This document shows positions 1 to 8,531 of a stretch of 24,195 nucleotides of DNA, piece after piece. How positions within the stretch are numbered: the stretch's first letter is position 1; the number at the start of each line of letters is the position of its first letter. A program made the position numbers and the translations under genes. Below the pieces are notes generated by a model. The model was not told where the DNA came from. It made no database searches and was given only the letters and a program-made list of their open reading frames with translations. Origin of the DNA: a virus (Duplodnaviria > Caudoviricetes); IMG/VR virus record IMGVR_UViG_3300025101_000185, positions 1 to 24,195 of that record; one strand, 5' to 3'.

Positions 1-94
1 GCATTGCACCATTGATAACAATATTCCTTCGCCCACCAATCTGACTATTGGTTAGGACTTCACCCATCTTTGCTAATTCTGCTGCTTTGGTCAT
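1..94 (-). CDS. 5' end of a further tail fibre / receptor-binding protein (runs off the window)
   Basis: Not in the ORF track. ATG at 94-92 overlaps the TGA of the 616-aa gene (ATGA). It reads MTKAAELAKMGEVLTNSQIGGRRNIVINGAM..., and the RN(I/L)(I/V)ING motif is typical of phage fibre/carbohydrate-binding domains. Confidence 0.75.
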   Translation of the reverse strand, partial: MTKAAELAKMGEVLTNSQIGGRRNIVINGAM

Positions 95-1941
95 TCTGCA
101 CTCTCCAATGCTGTAACTCTGCTAATCAAATCAGCAATCTGTGTTGCTTGTGTTGCATTTTCTGTTTTGAGGGCAGTTACTTCTGTTGATAACTCTTGTA
201 TGGCTTTTACAAGCATAGGTATTAACTCTGATGGTGCTAGTCTTTGTCTACCATCTCCATCTTCTTCACCCTCTATTTGCCACATTTCAAAACCATTTTT
301 GATTTCAGAATGTTTATCTATTACTGCTTTTACTTCTTGTGCAATAAATCCATGTTGTACTTTATCACCTCTGCCCATAACTCTTTCATCAGAATCAGCA
401 ACATACGATTTATGGTCAGATGGTATGTCTTTTTCTTTTTTCCATTTAAATGTTACTGGTCTTAAATCATTTATAAAAGATAATCCTGCTGTAGATGTTG
501 TAATTTCTTCTTTGTATCTTTCATCAGATGGTGCAGTTATAGATGTTGCACCAAAAGCTATGTTAGAATCAGTTACATTGTTCCCAAAAGTAAAGTTACT
601 ACCACCTACTGATGTAACATTATAACCCATCACAATCATAGCACCAGTATCGTTTGCATCACCATCTGTAAAAGAACCGATAAGTATATTATAACTACCA
701 GTAGTCATTGGAGTTGCATGATACCCTGCATCACGACCAATATAAATAGAATGGTCTCCAGATTGATGACCTGCTCCTGCACCATGACCTACAAAAACAT
801 TATTAATTCCATCTGTTACCGATGCACCTGCATTAGTTCCGATTGCAGTATTATTAGCTTGAGTTGCACTACTATTATTTTGCGTAGTTAATGCTCTATA
901 TCCAACAGCAACAGAATTACTTCCTTGTGTGTCTGATGTTAAAGCAAGTCCTCCTATAGCTACGTTATAGTCTGCATCAGTGAGTGCATCACCTGCTACA
1001 CCACCAACTAAAGTGTTATAAATTCCTGTTGTTAGTTGCTCTCCTGCTCCTGCTCCAATACCAGTATTGAAAGTGTTGGTAGCAGAGGTAAAATTTTGAT
1101 TTGCAAGAGCCGATTTCCCAACAGCAGTTGATAAACTACCTTTTGTATCTGCACTAAGAGCTTGATATCCAATTGCTACGTTGAAATCTGCATCAGTAAG
1201 TGCATCACCTGCAGTAGCACCAATTAAAGTGTTTTGGATTCCTGTTGTTAAATCAAAACCAGTATCATATCCTATAGCTACGTTATTCATATCAGCATTG
1301 CCACTAGGATTCTGTGTAAATAAAGCACCAAAACCAATCGCAACAGATTGGTCCCCAGCTACATTTGTACCTAAAGCATTTCCTCCAATCGCTATGTTTC
1401 TAATTCCTGTAGTAGTTGCATCTCCTGTGGCATACCCAACAAAAGTATTTTCATCACCAGTGGTTATAGCTGTTCCTGCTTCATCTCCAACTACAACATT
1501 TCTAATAGCACCACTTGCTATGGCATCTCCTGCGTTCTCACCTATTCTTACATTAGATGTACCACTTGTAGATGTTATTATCTCACCACTAAATGTTGTA
1601 TTTCCTGATACACCACCTGCTAATGTAACTGCACCATCAAATGTACCACCATTAGTCTTGCTTACTGTATCTGCCACCGAAAAAATATCATAAACTATGA
1701 CCACCAAGAGGTCATCTGCCGATGCTCCTTGTGACAATACAACAGACGTACCACTGGTACTTGTATAGTCTGCACTTCCTAGCAGAACACCATTCTGAAA
1801 TACATCAATGTAGTTTGTATCTGCATAAGATAGAGTTACACCCTCGCTACTAGCACCAGTAAATATAGTCTGACTAGCAGTAGCAGTATAGGTATGTACT
1901 CGTCTTACTCCATTGCTTGGACTTGTTCCTATATATGGCAT
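91..1941 (-). CDS. Tail fibre/spike with Gly/Asn beta-roll repeats and C-terminal intramolecular chaperone (peptidase S74)
   Basis: Repeated TGxxNxxxGxxAG/NVAIG units; SDERYK...LRPVTFKWK...HGFIAQEV...LIPMLVKAIQEL S74 signature followed by a coiled coil. Confidence 0.9.
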   Translation of the reverse strand: MPYIGTSPSNGVRRVHTYTATASQTIFTGASSEGVTLSYADTNYIDVFQNGVLLGSADYTSTSGTSVVLSQGASADDLLVVIVYDIFSVADTVSKTNGGTFDGAVTLAGGVSGNTTFSGEIITSTSGTSNVRIGENAGDAIASGAIRNVVVGDEAGTAITTGDENTFVGYATGDATTTGIRNIAIGGNALGTNVAGDQSVAIGFGALFTQNPSGNADMNNVAIGYDTGFDLTTGIQNTLIGATAGDALTDADFNVAIGYQALSADTKGSLSTAVGKSALANQNFTSATNTFNTGIGAGAGEQLTTGIYNTLVGGVAGDALTDADYNVAIGGLALTSDTQGSNSVAVGYRALTTQNNSSATQANNTAIGTNAGASVTDGINNVFVGHGAGAGHQSGDHSIYIGRDAGYHATPMTTGSYNILIGSFTDGDANDTGAMIVMGYNVTSVGGSNFTFGNNVTDSNIAFGATSITAPSDERYKEEITTSTAGLSFINDLRPVTFKWKKEKDIPSDHKSYVADSDERVMGRGDKVQHGFIAQEVKAVIDKHSEIKNGFEMWQIEGEEDGDGRQRLAPSELIPMLVKAIQELSTEVTALKTENATQATQIADLISRVTALESAE

Positions 1942-1944
1942 TGA

Positions 1945-2235
1945 TTATATCCCTTGTGATTCCACAAATGTTTTATAATTAGCTTTGACTGTATCTGTCC
2001 ATACTGCATTGGCTACTGCTTGTACTTCGGTAGCTTCTTTGCTTATGTCAATGTCTGTGTGTGTCCATTTACCATCTTTATCTTTTGACGATGTGCATGG
2101 CTGTAAAATATGCCTATGCCTTGACCTGCTAATCTCTATGTCATTTTCTTTAATAACTGTATCTGTAGCTATTTGAACATTCCAACTACTTATGACTTCT
2201 ATTTTTCCTATTACTATTTCTTTAGTTATTGCCAT
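1945..2235 (-). CDS. Small fibre-associated protein (putative fibre chaperone/tip protein)
   Basis: AGGAG RBS, 96 aa, directly follows the DDYEEGTWTP-type fibre gene. Function inferred from position. Confidence 0.6.
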   Translation of the reverse strand: MAITKEIVIGKIEVISSWNVQIATDTVIKENDIEISRSRHRHILQPCTSSKDKDGKWTHTDIDISKEATEVQAVANAVWTDTVKANYKTFVESQGI

Positions 2236-2247
2236 TTTTTCTCCTAT

Positions 2248-2862
2248 CTAAACTAAATAATCAAAAGCACCATATATATATCTGCTATTACCAAATTCAT
2301 TAAAACTTACATAAGACGCACTTCCACCAGTTTTTATAAAATACAGTTGAGAATAACTACTTGGCAAATATAACATACATCTAATATCAGAGCTTGAATT
2401 ATCAATCCAACATTGTCCAACAACAGCAGGAATAGCTTTATGAGCAAAGGGTAAACCTCCTAATATCATTGGTGCTGTGTTACTTGCTGAGTCATTTCTT
2501 TGAAGATAAAATTCTGCATGAACAGAATTTCCTGCTTTTGTATAATGTGCATTAGGTGAAGCAATAGTAATAACAGTACTTCCATCATGAAGAGATGGTG
2601 TCCAAGTACCTTCTTCATAGTCATCAATCAGATTAGATGCAGTAGCAGTAGTCACACCAAGATGAACACCTTTACTTGATGCACCAAAAACAATGTTATC
2701 TGACAAAGTAGATACACCAGTTACACCTAATGTGTTTGATAAAGTAGTTGCACCAGTTACACCTAACGTACCACCTACACTAGCATTACCACTTATCGTT
2801 GCACTATCAACACTAATAGACGTAGGAAATACTGTTGTTATTTGATTGCCAAGATAACCCAT
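2248..2862 (-). CDS. Short tail fibre / receptor-binding protein (204 aa)
   Basis: Start moved to MGYLGNQ at 2862 (TAATG overlap with the upstream stop). TLGVTGxxTLS shaft repeat and DDYEEGTWTP motif common in marine phage fibres. Confidence 0.75.
   Translation of the reverse strand: MGYLGNQITTVFPTSISVDSATISGNASVGGTLGVTGATTLSNTLGVTGVSTLSDNIVFGASSKGVHLGVTTATASNLIDDYEEGTWTPSLHDGSTVITIASPNAHYTKAGNSVHAEFYLQRNDSASNTAPMILGGLPFAHKAIPAVVGQCWIDNSSSDIRCMLYLPSSYSQLYFIKTGGSASYVSFNEFGNSRYIYGAFDYLV
2701..2769. repeat. 36-nt period tandem duplication inside the short fibre gene
   Basis: CACCAGTTACACCTAA at 2715-2730 and 2751-2766, encoding TLGVTG(A/V)(T/S)TLS twice. Confidence 0.8.
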
Positions 2863-3221
2863 TATGTAATCTCCATGATAGATAATGTAATCGATACCTT
2901 GTCTGCCACAGAACAATCTACTTGTAATTTATCAGTAGTTTCTAAAACAACTTTGTTTCCAGCTAATATTTCTAATGATGATCCTACTGGTATAGGTGCA
3001 TCTTTTAGTAAGAATGTTGTTGTGTTTGTAGCTGCTCTACCACCACCACTTGTATCAGAAACCAACTTTACATCTGCTGTTACCTGGCTTGTATGAACAT
3101 TTGCTATAACCATTCCTAATACAACAGTTGTCGTGCTACTGGGTGTAGTGTATAAATCTTCAGGTGTTCCTGCACTTGCAGGCATAACATCATGTGATAC
3201 TACCTTAAATGTATTTGGCAT
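2862..3221 (-). CDS. Small beta-rich tail-associated protein (putative fibre adaptor)
   Basis: AGGAG RBS, 119 aa with alternating beta-strand pattern, lying between the main fibre and the secondary fibres. Confidence 0.65.
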   Translation of the reverse strand: MPNTFKVVSHDVMPASAGTPEDLYTTPSSTTTVVLGMVIANVHTSQVTADVKLVSDTSGGGRAATNTTTFLLKDAPIPVGSSLEILAGNKVVLETTDKLQVDCSVADKVSITLSIMEIT

Positions 3222-3230
3222 TTACTTCTC

Positions 3231-4769
3231 CTATCCTAAAGCTATTGCAAGAGCAACTATATCATCAGTAGTTGCTGCTCCAATATCACTTGCTAATTCA
3301 CTTGCACTTCTACCCTCAATCGTTGTGCCATTTACCCTTAGAAAATCATCATCTGCTACACCTGATGTAAATGTAGCAACATTACCACTAGATATTCCTG
3401 ATGTTGGTAATTGTGATGTAAGGGCAAGTGTTCCAGCAGTAGCTGGTAAAACTACAGTTATGTTACCTGAAAAATCAGAATGTGCTGGTGCAGTGAACTG
3501 AACATAGTGTGCATTGCTTGATTCACAGTATAAACGTATATATGATTGTGAACCACCATTCTTGATTGATATTGCACCCTGGGATATATCAACACCAGTT
3601 GATCCGTCTATTCTGACAACACCACTACCATTTGGTGTTAATGCAATGTTGCCATTACTTGTAGATACAATTTCATTACCATTTACATCCAAATCTCCAC
3701 CTAGTTGTGGTGTGCTATCTCCTGATACTTCTGTCAAAGATGTCTGTGTTGTGATTTGCCAAGCTGAACCTGAGTAAACTTTAAGTGCGTTTACTGACGT
3801 ATCGTAGAATAAATCACCAGCATTTAGTGCATCACCATCATTGTCTACTGATGGCTCACTAGACTTTGCACCTAAATATACATCATCAAAATTATCAAGA
3901 ATAGTAGCTGCACTTGTTGCACTTGCTGCTGCTGCCGTAGCACTATTCGCTGCATTTGTTGCTTGCGTAGATGCTGCACTTGCACTTGTGCTTGCATTTG
4001 ATGCCTGAGTAGATGCTGTGCTTGCACTATTTGCTGCGTTTGTTGCTGATGTTGCTGCTTCACTTGCTTTTGTTGTAGCTGTTGTAGCAGAAGATGCTGC
4101 TGATACTGCATCAACTAATAATGCAAAATGGTCTGTATCTGTAAGACTATCTCCAACAACAGAAGCTGCCACACATATATAAACATTGTTGAGTTCAGCA
4201 GTAGTAGTTGATTTGATTATGTCTCTTTCAACATAGGCTGCTGTTGTTACTGTTGCATCTGATCCTTTGAAAGTTCCTAATTCTTGCGTAACAGACAACT
4301 CTCCTGAACTGTCAAATGCTAGGACCTTACTTGCTCTATCTGTTGCTCCTACTGTAAATTCAGTAGATGTCATAGTGTTAGTTCGTGATAGTTTTATTGT
4401 TCTATCTACTTCTTCCTGCATCTGTTGACTGATAAATGTCAGCCTATCTAACGCATCTTCGTGTGTAGCAGCAGGAAATGGATCGTTTGCAACATAGTCC
4501 GTAGACTGTGTCAGTGCCATGTTTCTTCTAATAACAACAGTAACACCACTTGCAGGAGCAGAGCCAAATACAACATTACCACCACTGGCATTACCAGCAT
4601 TTGTCACTGTATAGTTTGTTGTTAGTGACTGTACTGTTTCAACGCCTGTGCTTGATCTAAGTATAACAGTTAGGTCTGCATCAGCGAATATTTTGAATCC
4701 GTATGCAAATGTTGTGGTACTTCCGTTACCACTATAACTGTTTTTTGTGGTCGTACTACTTACTGTCAT
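3231..4769 (-). CDS. Main tail fibre with T7 gp17-like N-terminal tail-attachment domain
   Basis: ATG at 4769 preceded by GAGGTG. N-terminal YSGNGSTTTFAYGFKIF...VVIRR...HEDALDRLT pattern, Ala/Ser/Thr heptad coiled coil, hydrophobic C-terminus VALAIALG. Confidence 0.88.
   Translation of the reverse strand: MTVSSTTTKNSYSGNGSTTTFAYGFKIFADADLTVILRSSTGVETVQSLTTNYTVTNAGNASGGNVVFGSAPASGVTVVIRRNMALTQSTDYVANDPFPAATHEDALDRLTFISQQMQEEVDRTIKLSRTNTMTSTEFTVGATDRASKVLAFDSSGELSVTQELGTFKGSDATVTTAAYVERDIIKSTTTAELNNVYICVAASVVGDSLTDTDHFALLVDAVSAASSATTATTKASEAATSATNAANSASTASTQASNASTSASAASTQATNAANSATAAAASATSAATILDNFDDVYLGAKSSEPSVDNDGDALNAGDLFYDTSVNALKVYSGSAWQITTQTSLTEVSGDSTPQLGGDLDVNGNEIVSTSNGNIALTPNGSGVVRIDGSTGVDISQGAISIKNGGSQSYIRLYCESSNAHYVQFTAPAHSDFSGNITVVLPATAGTLALTSQLPTSGISSGNVATFTSGVADDDFLRVNGTTIEGRSASELASDIGAATTDDIVALAIALG
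3900..4110 (-). repeat. Degenerate 21-nt (heptad) repeats encoding the Ala/Ser/Thr coiled-coil shaft
   Basis: SATNAAN-SASTAST-QASNAST-SASAAST-QATNAAN-SATAAAA-SATSAAT. Confidence 0.8.
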
Positions 4770-4786
4770 ATTCACCTCATTGTTTG

Positions 4787-4815
4787 TTTTTACAATATTT
4801 TTTGTTTTTTAACAA
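4787..4815 (-). promoter_or_regulatory. Possible internal promoter for the fibre cluster
   Basis: TTGTTA-N17-TAAAAA in one of the few sizeable gaps of the late unit. Weak match in very AT-rich DNA. Confidence 0.25.
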
Positions 4816-4820
4816 GATAC

Positions 4821-7800
4821 TTATTCAAAAGCAGAAACTATATTCAATCCTTCTTTAGCTAATAAAATCATACTTCTGTAACTTTCATCAATCATTTGTC
4901 TTTTATCAGTAGCACTAAATCCATCATTGTTATATATCAATCTTATTGTTGATTGTATGTTTGACATGGCTTCTGCAATCTCGACAAGAGGTAATTTGTT
5001 ATATTCTGTTTGCCTAAATACTTCTTTTACTTCTTCAAAATTCAAATCTTTACTTAATTTTTTTGCAGTAGTTACTCTATCTTTTATTTTGTTGTACTCT
5101 TTGTAAAATCTTGTTATTGGCTCTGCACCCATACTTGGATGCCTTACAATAAATGCTTTGATAACAGGTGTATCTGCTAGAGTTTTTGCTGGTTCTATAG
5201 GCTCTTTGATAAGTCCAAGTTTTTTTATTGCAACATCACTCAACTCTAAAGCATATTGTCCTAAAGTTCCTGTCCAACCTCTAATAAGATGATCTATTTT
5301 TGCAGGAGATGCCATTGGAGAATCAGCAACACCTATTGCTAAATTCAGTTCTGCTATTGTTTTTCCTAAAAGTTTTGCTGTAGCACTTGTATATTCTGTA
5401 TATTCATATTGAGAAAGCAAAGGCTCTACTCTTCTTGGAACTATTGGTCGATCTGAGAATAAACTCCTATTTGCGTAAAATTCAATGAAAGGTTTTATGA
5501 AATCTGGTATTGGTCCAAGATTAAATAGATTATCTTTGCCCATTTCTGCAAAAAACTTTGTTACACTCTGAGGGTCTTTTTCAAATGCAAAATCTAACAT
5601 CCTTTCTGCACCTGTACCAAACAATAGTCCAGGTTCAAAAGGTTTAGGTATTCTATAAACAATTTCGTTTTCACCTTCTCCTGTAATGACTATCCAAAAA
5701 AGATCTTTTTGCCATTGTGGTAGTTCTCTGTATGTTGGGTTATCGTGATTTACCGACCACAATAAAATACTTGGAAGTGTAATTGTAGTAAATATTGCAG
5801 CACTTGTCTTGACAGGTCTTTGTTTAAAAGCATCAACTATCTTCACATAACCTTGTAATCTAGCATTGAAAAAGGATGTTATTCTGTTCCAACCTTGTAT
5901 TTTATTACCCATTTTTGCAAAGTCTATGGTTATGTCTCTTGCATCAAAACCACTTTTTTCAACAACATCACGATCTGTCAAACGACCTCTTTTTTTGTAT
6001 GCGTCAAGTGAAATTTTATATTGACCAATTCTTGACCCACTCTCAAAAATTTCTGACAATATTCGCAACATCTCTATCGGATTAGACACTTGATTTCTTA
6101 CTTTACCTTTTGTGAGTTGTGCCTTCAAATCTTTTGAAAAATATCTTCTATCCATACTTATAAACATAGATTGCATAGCACCTGATCTAGTCCATTCTTT
6201 GTAAAGATTTGTTTTACCAAGCATGTGCCAAAAACCCATAGCCGTATGATAGAGTGGTATAAAGTTTTTATCACTAAATATAGCAGCAGAAACAGTATCT
6301 CTTTGAAAATTACGCAATATAAAATCAGGAGACAGCGTTGATCCTGCCCTCAAAAGCCTTGATGGTGTAGACAAAAATCTCATCAAAATGTTTTGTGATG
6401 TTCCACTTGCATCTTTGAGTGCTGTAGCAACCTCTGTACCTACTTCCCATACCTCCCTTTTACCATTTCTAAAAACAACAATCTCTGATGGTCCTGCATC
6501 CTGTGAGTTTCTTCTAAATACAGAAAATCCTTGTAACGCTTCAGGTTTTATCGCACCAACATCTTCTAAAACTTTTGACAACTCTTCTACTGTAACTCTT
6601 GTTTGCTTGAGTTTGCTTGGTACTTTACCCATTTCTGGAAAAACATCAGGTGTCTTTTCGATCATCTCAACAAATTTTATATTTGTTCTGTTTCTTTCTG
6701 CTAGTGTTATGAAATGGATTGTATTTAAATGCACACTTTCAAGTGGATTGATTATTTTTTTTTCACTGCCTTTAAAAGTTTTGAGTGGATTTGTAATACC
6801 TTTACCAAATTTTGCATTTGCATCAGATAAACCCTCTTCTAAAACTCTGTAGAATGGCACATAATCTTTGTTTGCTTCAAATATCTTTGCAGCAGTTTCT
6901 TTTGATATGATACCAGAATCAACAAGATATTGAGTTAACTTGCCTTGATATTCATTTAACTCTCTAAAAGTTGCTTCGTACTTGTCATTAAAATTTTTAA
7001 CAACATCTCTAGCTGCTGCTTGATCTATACCTGTTTTTTTACCTTGTGCTTCTTTTTCAATGCTTCTTTTTGAAACGACATAAGATGTAAAATCTTTGTA
7101 ATCTTTTTCAGTTTTTATTGGCTCAAGTATTTTTAGTAAACTTTTGCCACCATCTAATTTAAGTGTGTTTGCCTTGAAAGTTCCAAACTGAATAAAGTGC
7201 ATGGCTCTTCCAATCATCCCTGGTTGTACTCTTGCTTGCACATAAGGATCGACTGTGTTCTCAAACTTATTACCAGCTTCTCTTGCTTTTCTTACAACAC
7301 TTAATATAGGGTGTAGTTTATCAAAGTATTGAGTGACTATCTGACTTTTGATGTTAGTTAAACCTTCAGTCTGTTTTGGCATCTCAAACTGGATTTGCTC
7401 GTTTACTTTGTTGACTGATTCTCTTGTTTCAATAGTTGGTTTTTCTACCTCTACCTTTTTTTCTTGTGTTAGAACACTTTGTTTTGGCTCTGTATTTGGT
7501 TTAAAAGGTTCAGGTTTCTCAGAGCCTTTAGGGGAATCTCTAAACTTTTCTATATTAACTGAAGCAGCATCTTCTAATTTTCGAGGTTCGTTAAGTATTT
7601 CATCAACAACTTTGCTATGTGTTTTGTCGGTTTCTTTCACTCTTTGTGTGACCATTCTTGCACCTTTTTCTCCAATGCCGAATGTTCCTAAAACAAGAGC
7701 AGTATTTATGAGTTCATCTCTTGATGGAAGCTGTCCTTCCAATATTGTACCCATGCCTGTAAATGCACCATACTGAGCAGCATATTTACCCATCAAAGTT

Positions 7801-8531
7801 TTTGCACCTACCCAACCAGGCAAAGCCATAGCTGTTCCTAATGTGAGACCTGACTTAACACCCTCTTTGAAACCATGATCTATGAATATATCCCACCACT
7901 CTGAAAATGTATTTACTTGTCCTCTTTGTAATGCTTCTATATACATACCTCGTATAGACTCATTAACAAATCCAGCAGTTGCACCACCAGCAAAAACATT
8001 ACCACCTGTTGCTGCTGTTCCAAGAAATCCTGCTGGAAGATATACAGGAAGATCAGCACCAATATTAGAAATACTTTCAAACCATCTTTCTAAAACACCT
8101 GTATCTTCAGGTTCAGGCAACAAAGCATTTTTTGCGTCATATCCAACATCACCTTTTGAATGATATTGTAGGGCAAGATTTATAGTAGATTTACCAACAC
8201 CTCTTTCCCAATATCTTTGCCACTCAGCATCCTCACCGACTAAAAATTGTTTAGTTTGTTTAACATCTTTTGTAACTTGCTCTTTCAATGCACCTGTTCG
8301 GAACTCTGCTTCATCCTTAATACCTTTCCATATTGATTGCCAATATGTTTGAATAGGCTCTACTGTTTTGTTTTTTTCTGTATTTGGGAAACCAAAACTA
8401 TCTGTCAATTCATCATCAGGAAACCCAGCATCTTTTAAAATTAAAAACTCTTCCTTGTTTTTTTCTTTTGTTTCTTCAGCATTATATCCTGCATCATTTA
8501 ATATGAGATTTTGGAGTTCTCGTTGATTCAT
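4821..8531 (-). CDS. Large internal virion (ejection) protein, T7 gp16 positional analogue, with C-terminal LPD38-like domain
   Basis: 1236 aa, last of three core genes before the fibre. Gly/Ala-rich hydrophobic segments near the N-terminus; YRELPQWQKDLFW...YRIPKPFEPG LPD38-like motif. Confidence 0.8.
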   Translation of the reverse strand: MNQRELQNLILNDAGYNAEETKEKNKEEFLILKDAGFPDDELTDSFGFPNTEKNKTVEPIQTYWQSIWKGIKDEAEFRTGALKEQVTKDVKQTKQFLVGEDAEWQRYWERGVGKSTINLALQYHSKGDVGYDAKNALLPEPEDTGVLERWFESISNIGADLPVYLPAGFLGTAATGGNVFAGGATAGFVNESIRGMYIEALQRGQVNTFSEWWDIFIDHGFKEGVKSGLTLGTAMALPGWVGAKTLMGKYAAQYGAFTGMGTILEGQLPSRDELINTALVLGTFGIGEKGARMVTQRVKETDKTHSKVVDEILNEPRKLEDAASVNIEKFRDSPKGSEKPEPFKPNTEPKQSVLTQEKKVEVEKPTIETRESVNKVNEQIQFEMPKQTEGLTNIKSQIVTQYFDKLHPILSVVRKAREAGNKFENTVDPYVQARVQPGMIGRAMHFIQFGTFKANTLKLDGGKSLLKILEPIKTEKDYKDFTSYVVSKRSIEKEAQGKKTGIDQAAARDVVKNFNDKYEATFRELNEYQGKLTQYLVDSGIISKETAAKIFEANKDYVPFYRVLEEGLSDANAKFGKGITNPLKTFKGSEKKIINPLESVHLNTIHFITLAERNRTNIKFVEMIEKTPDVFPEMGKVPSKLKQTRVTVEELSKVLEDVGAIKPEALQGFSVFRRNSQDAGPSEIVVFRNGKREVWEVGTEVATALKDASGTSQNILMRFLSTPSRLLRAGSTLSPDFILRNFQRDTVSAAIFSDKNFIPLYHTAMGFWHMLGKTNLYKEWTRSGAMQSMFISMDRRYFSKDLKAQLTKGKVRNQVSNPIEMLRILSEIFESGSRIGQYKISLDAYKKRGRLTDRDVVEKSGFDARDITIDFAKMGNKIQGWNRITSFFNARLQGYVKIVDAFKQRPVKTSAAIFTTITLPSILLWSVNHDNPTYRELPQWQKDLFWIVITGEGENEIVYRIPKPFEPGLLFGTGAERMLDFAFEKDPQSVTKFFAEMGKDNLFNLGPIPDFIKPFIEFYANRSLFSDRPIVPRRVEPLLSQYEYTEYTSATAKLLGKTIAELNLAIGVADSPMASPAKIDHLIRGWTGTLGQYALELSDVAIKKLGLIKEPIEPAKTLADTPVIKAFIVRHPSMGAEPITRFYKEYNKIKDRVTTAKKLSKDLNFEEVKEVFRQTEYNKLPLVEIAEAMSNIQSTIRLIYNNDGFSATDKRQMIDESYRSMILLAKEGLNIVSAFE

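Noticed and set aside
91-1941. The Gly-rich 616-aa protein as an RTX toxin partner for the acyltransferase
   Set aside because: Repeats are NxxxGxxAG beta-roll type, not GGxGxDxLx nonapeptides, and the S74 chaperone marks it as a fibre.
2863-2916. N-terminal extension of the 222-aa ORF (similarly the extensions at 4775, 10847 and 21981)
   Set aside because: Downstream ATGs have better RBS or stop-start coupling.
3872-4114. Gln-rich 80-aa ORF
   Set aside because: Alternative-frame translation of the GCA/ACA-rich fibre coiled coil.
1-4769. Diversity-generating retroelement, prompted by the BPP-1-like gene order
   Set aside because: No reverse transcriptase and no template/variable repeat pair with adenine-specific differences in the window.
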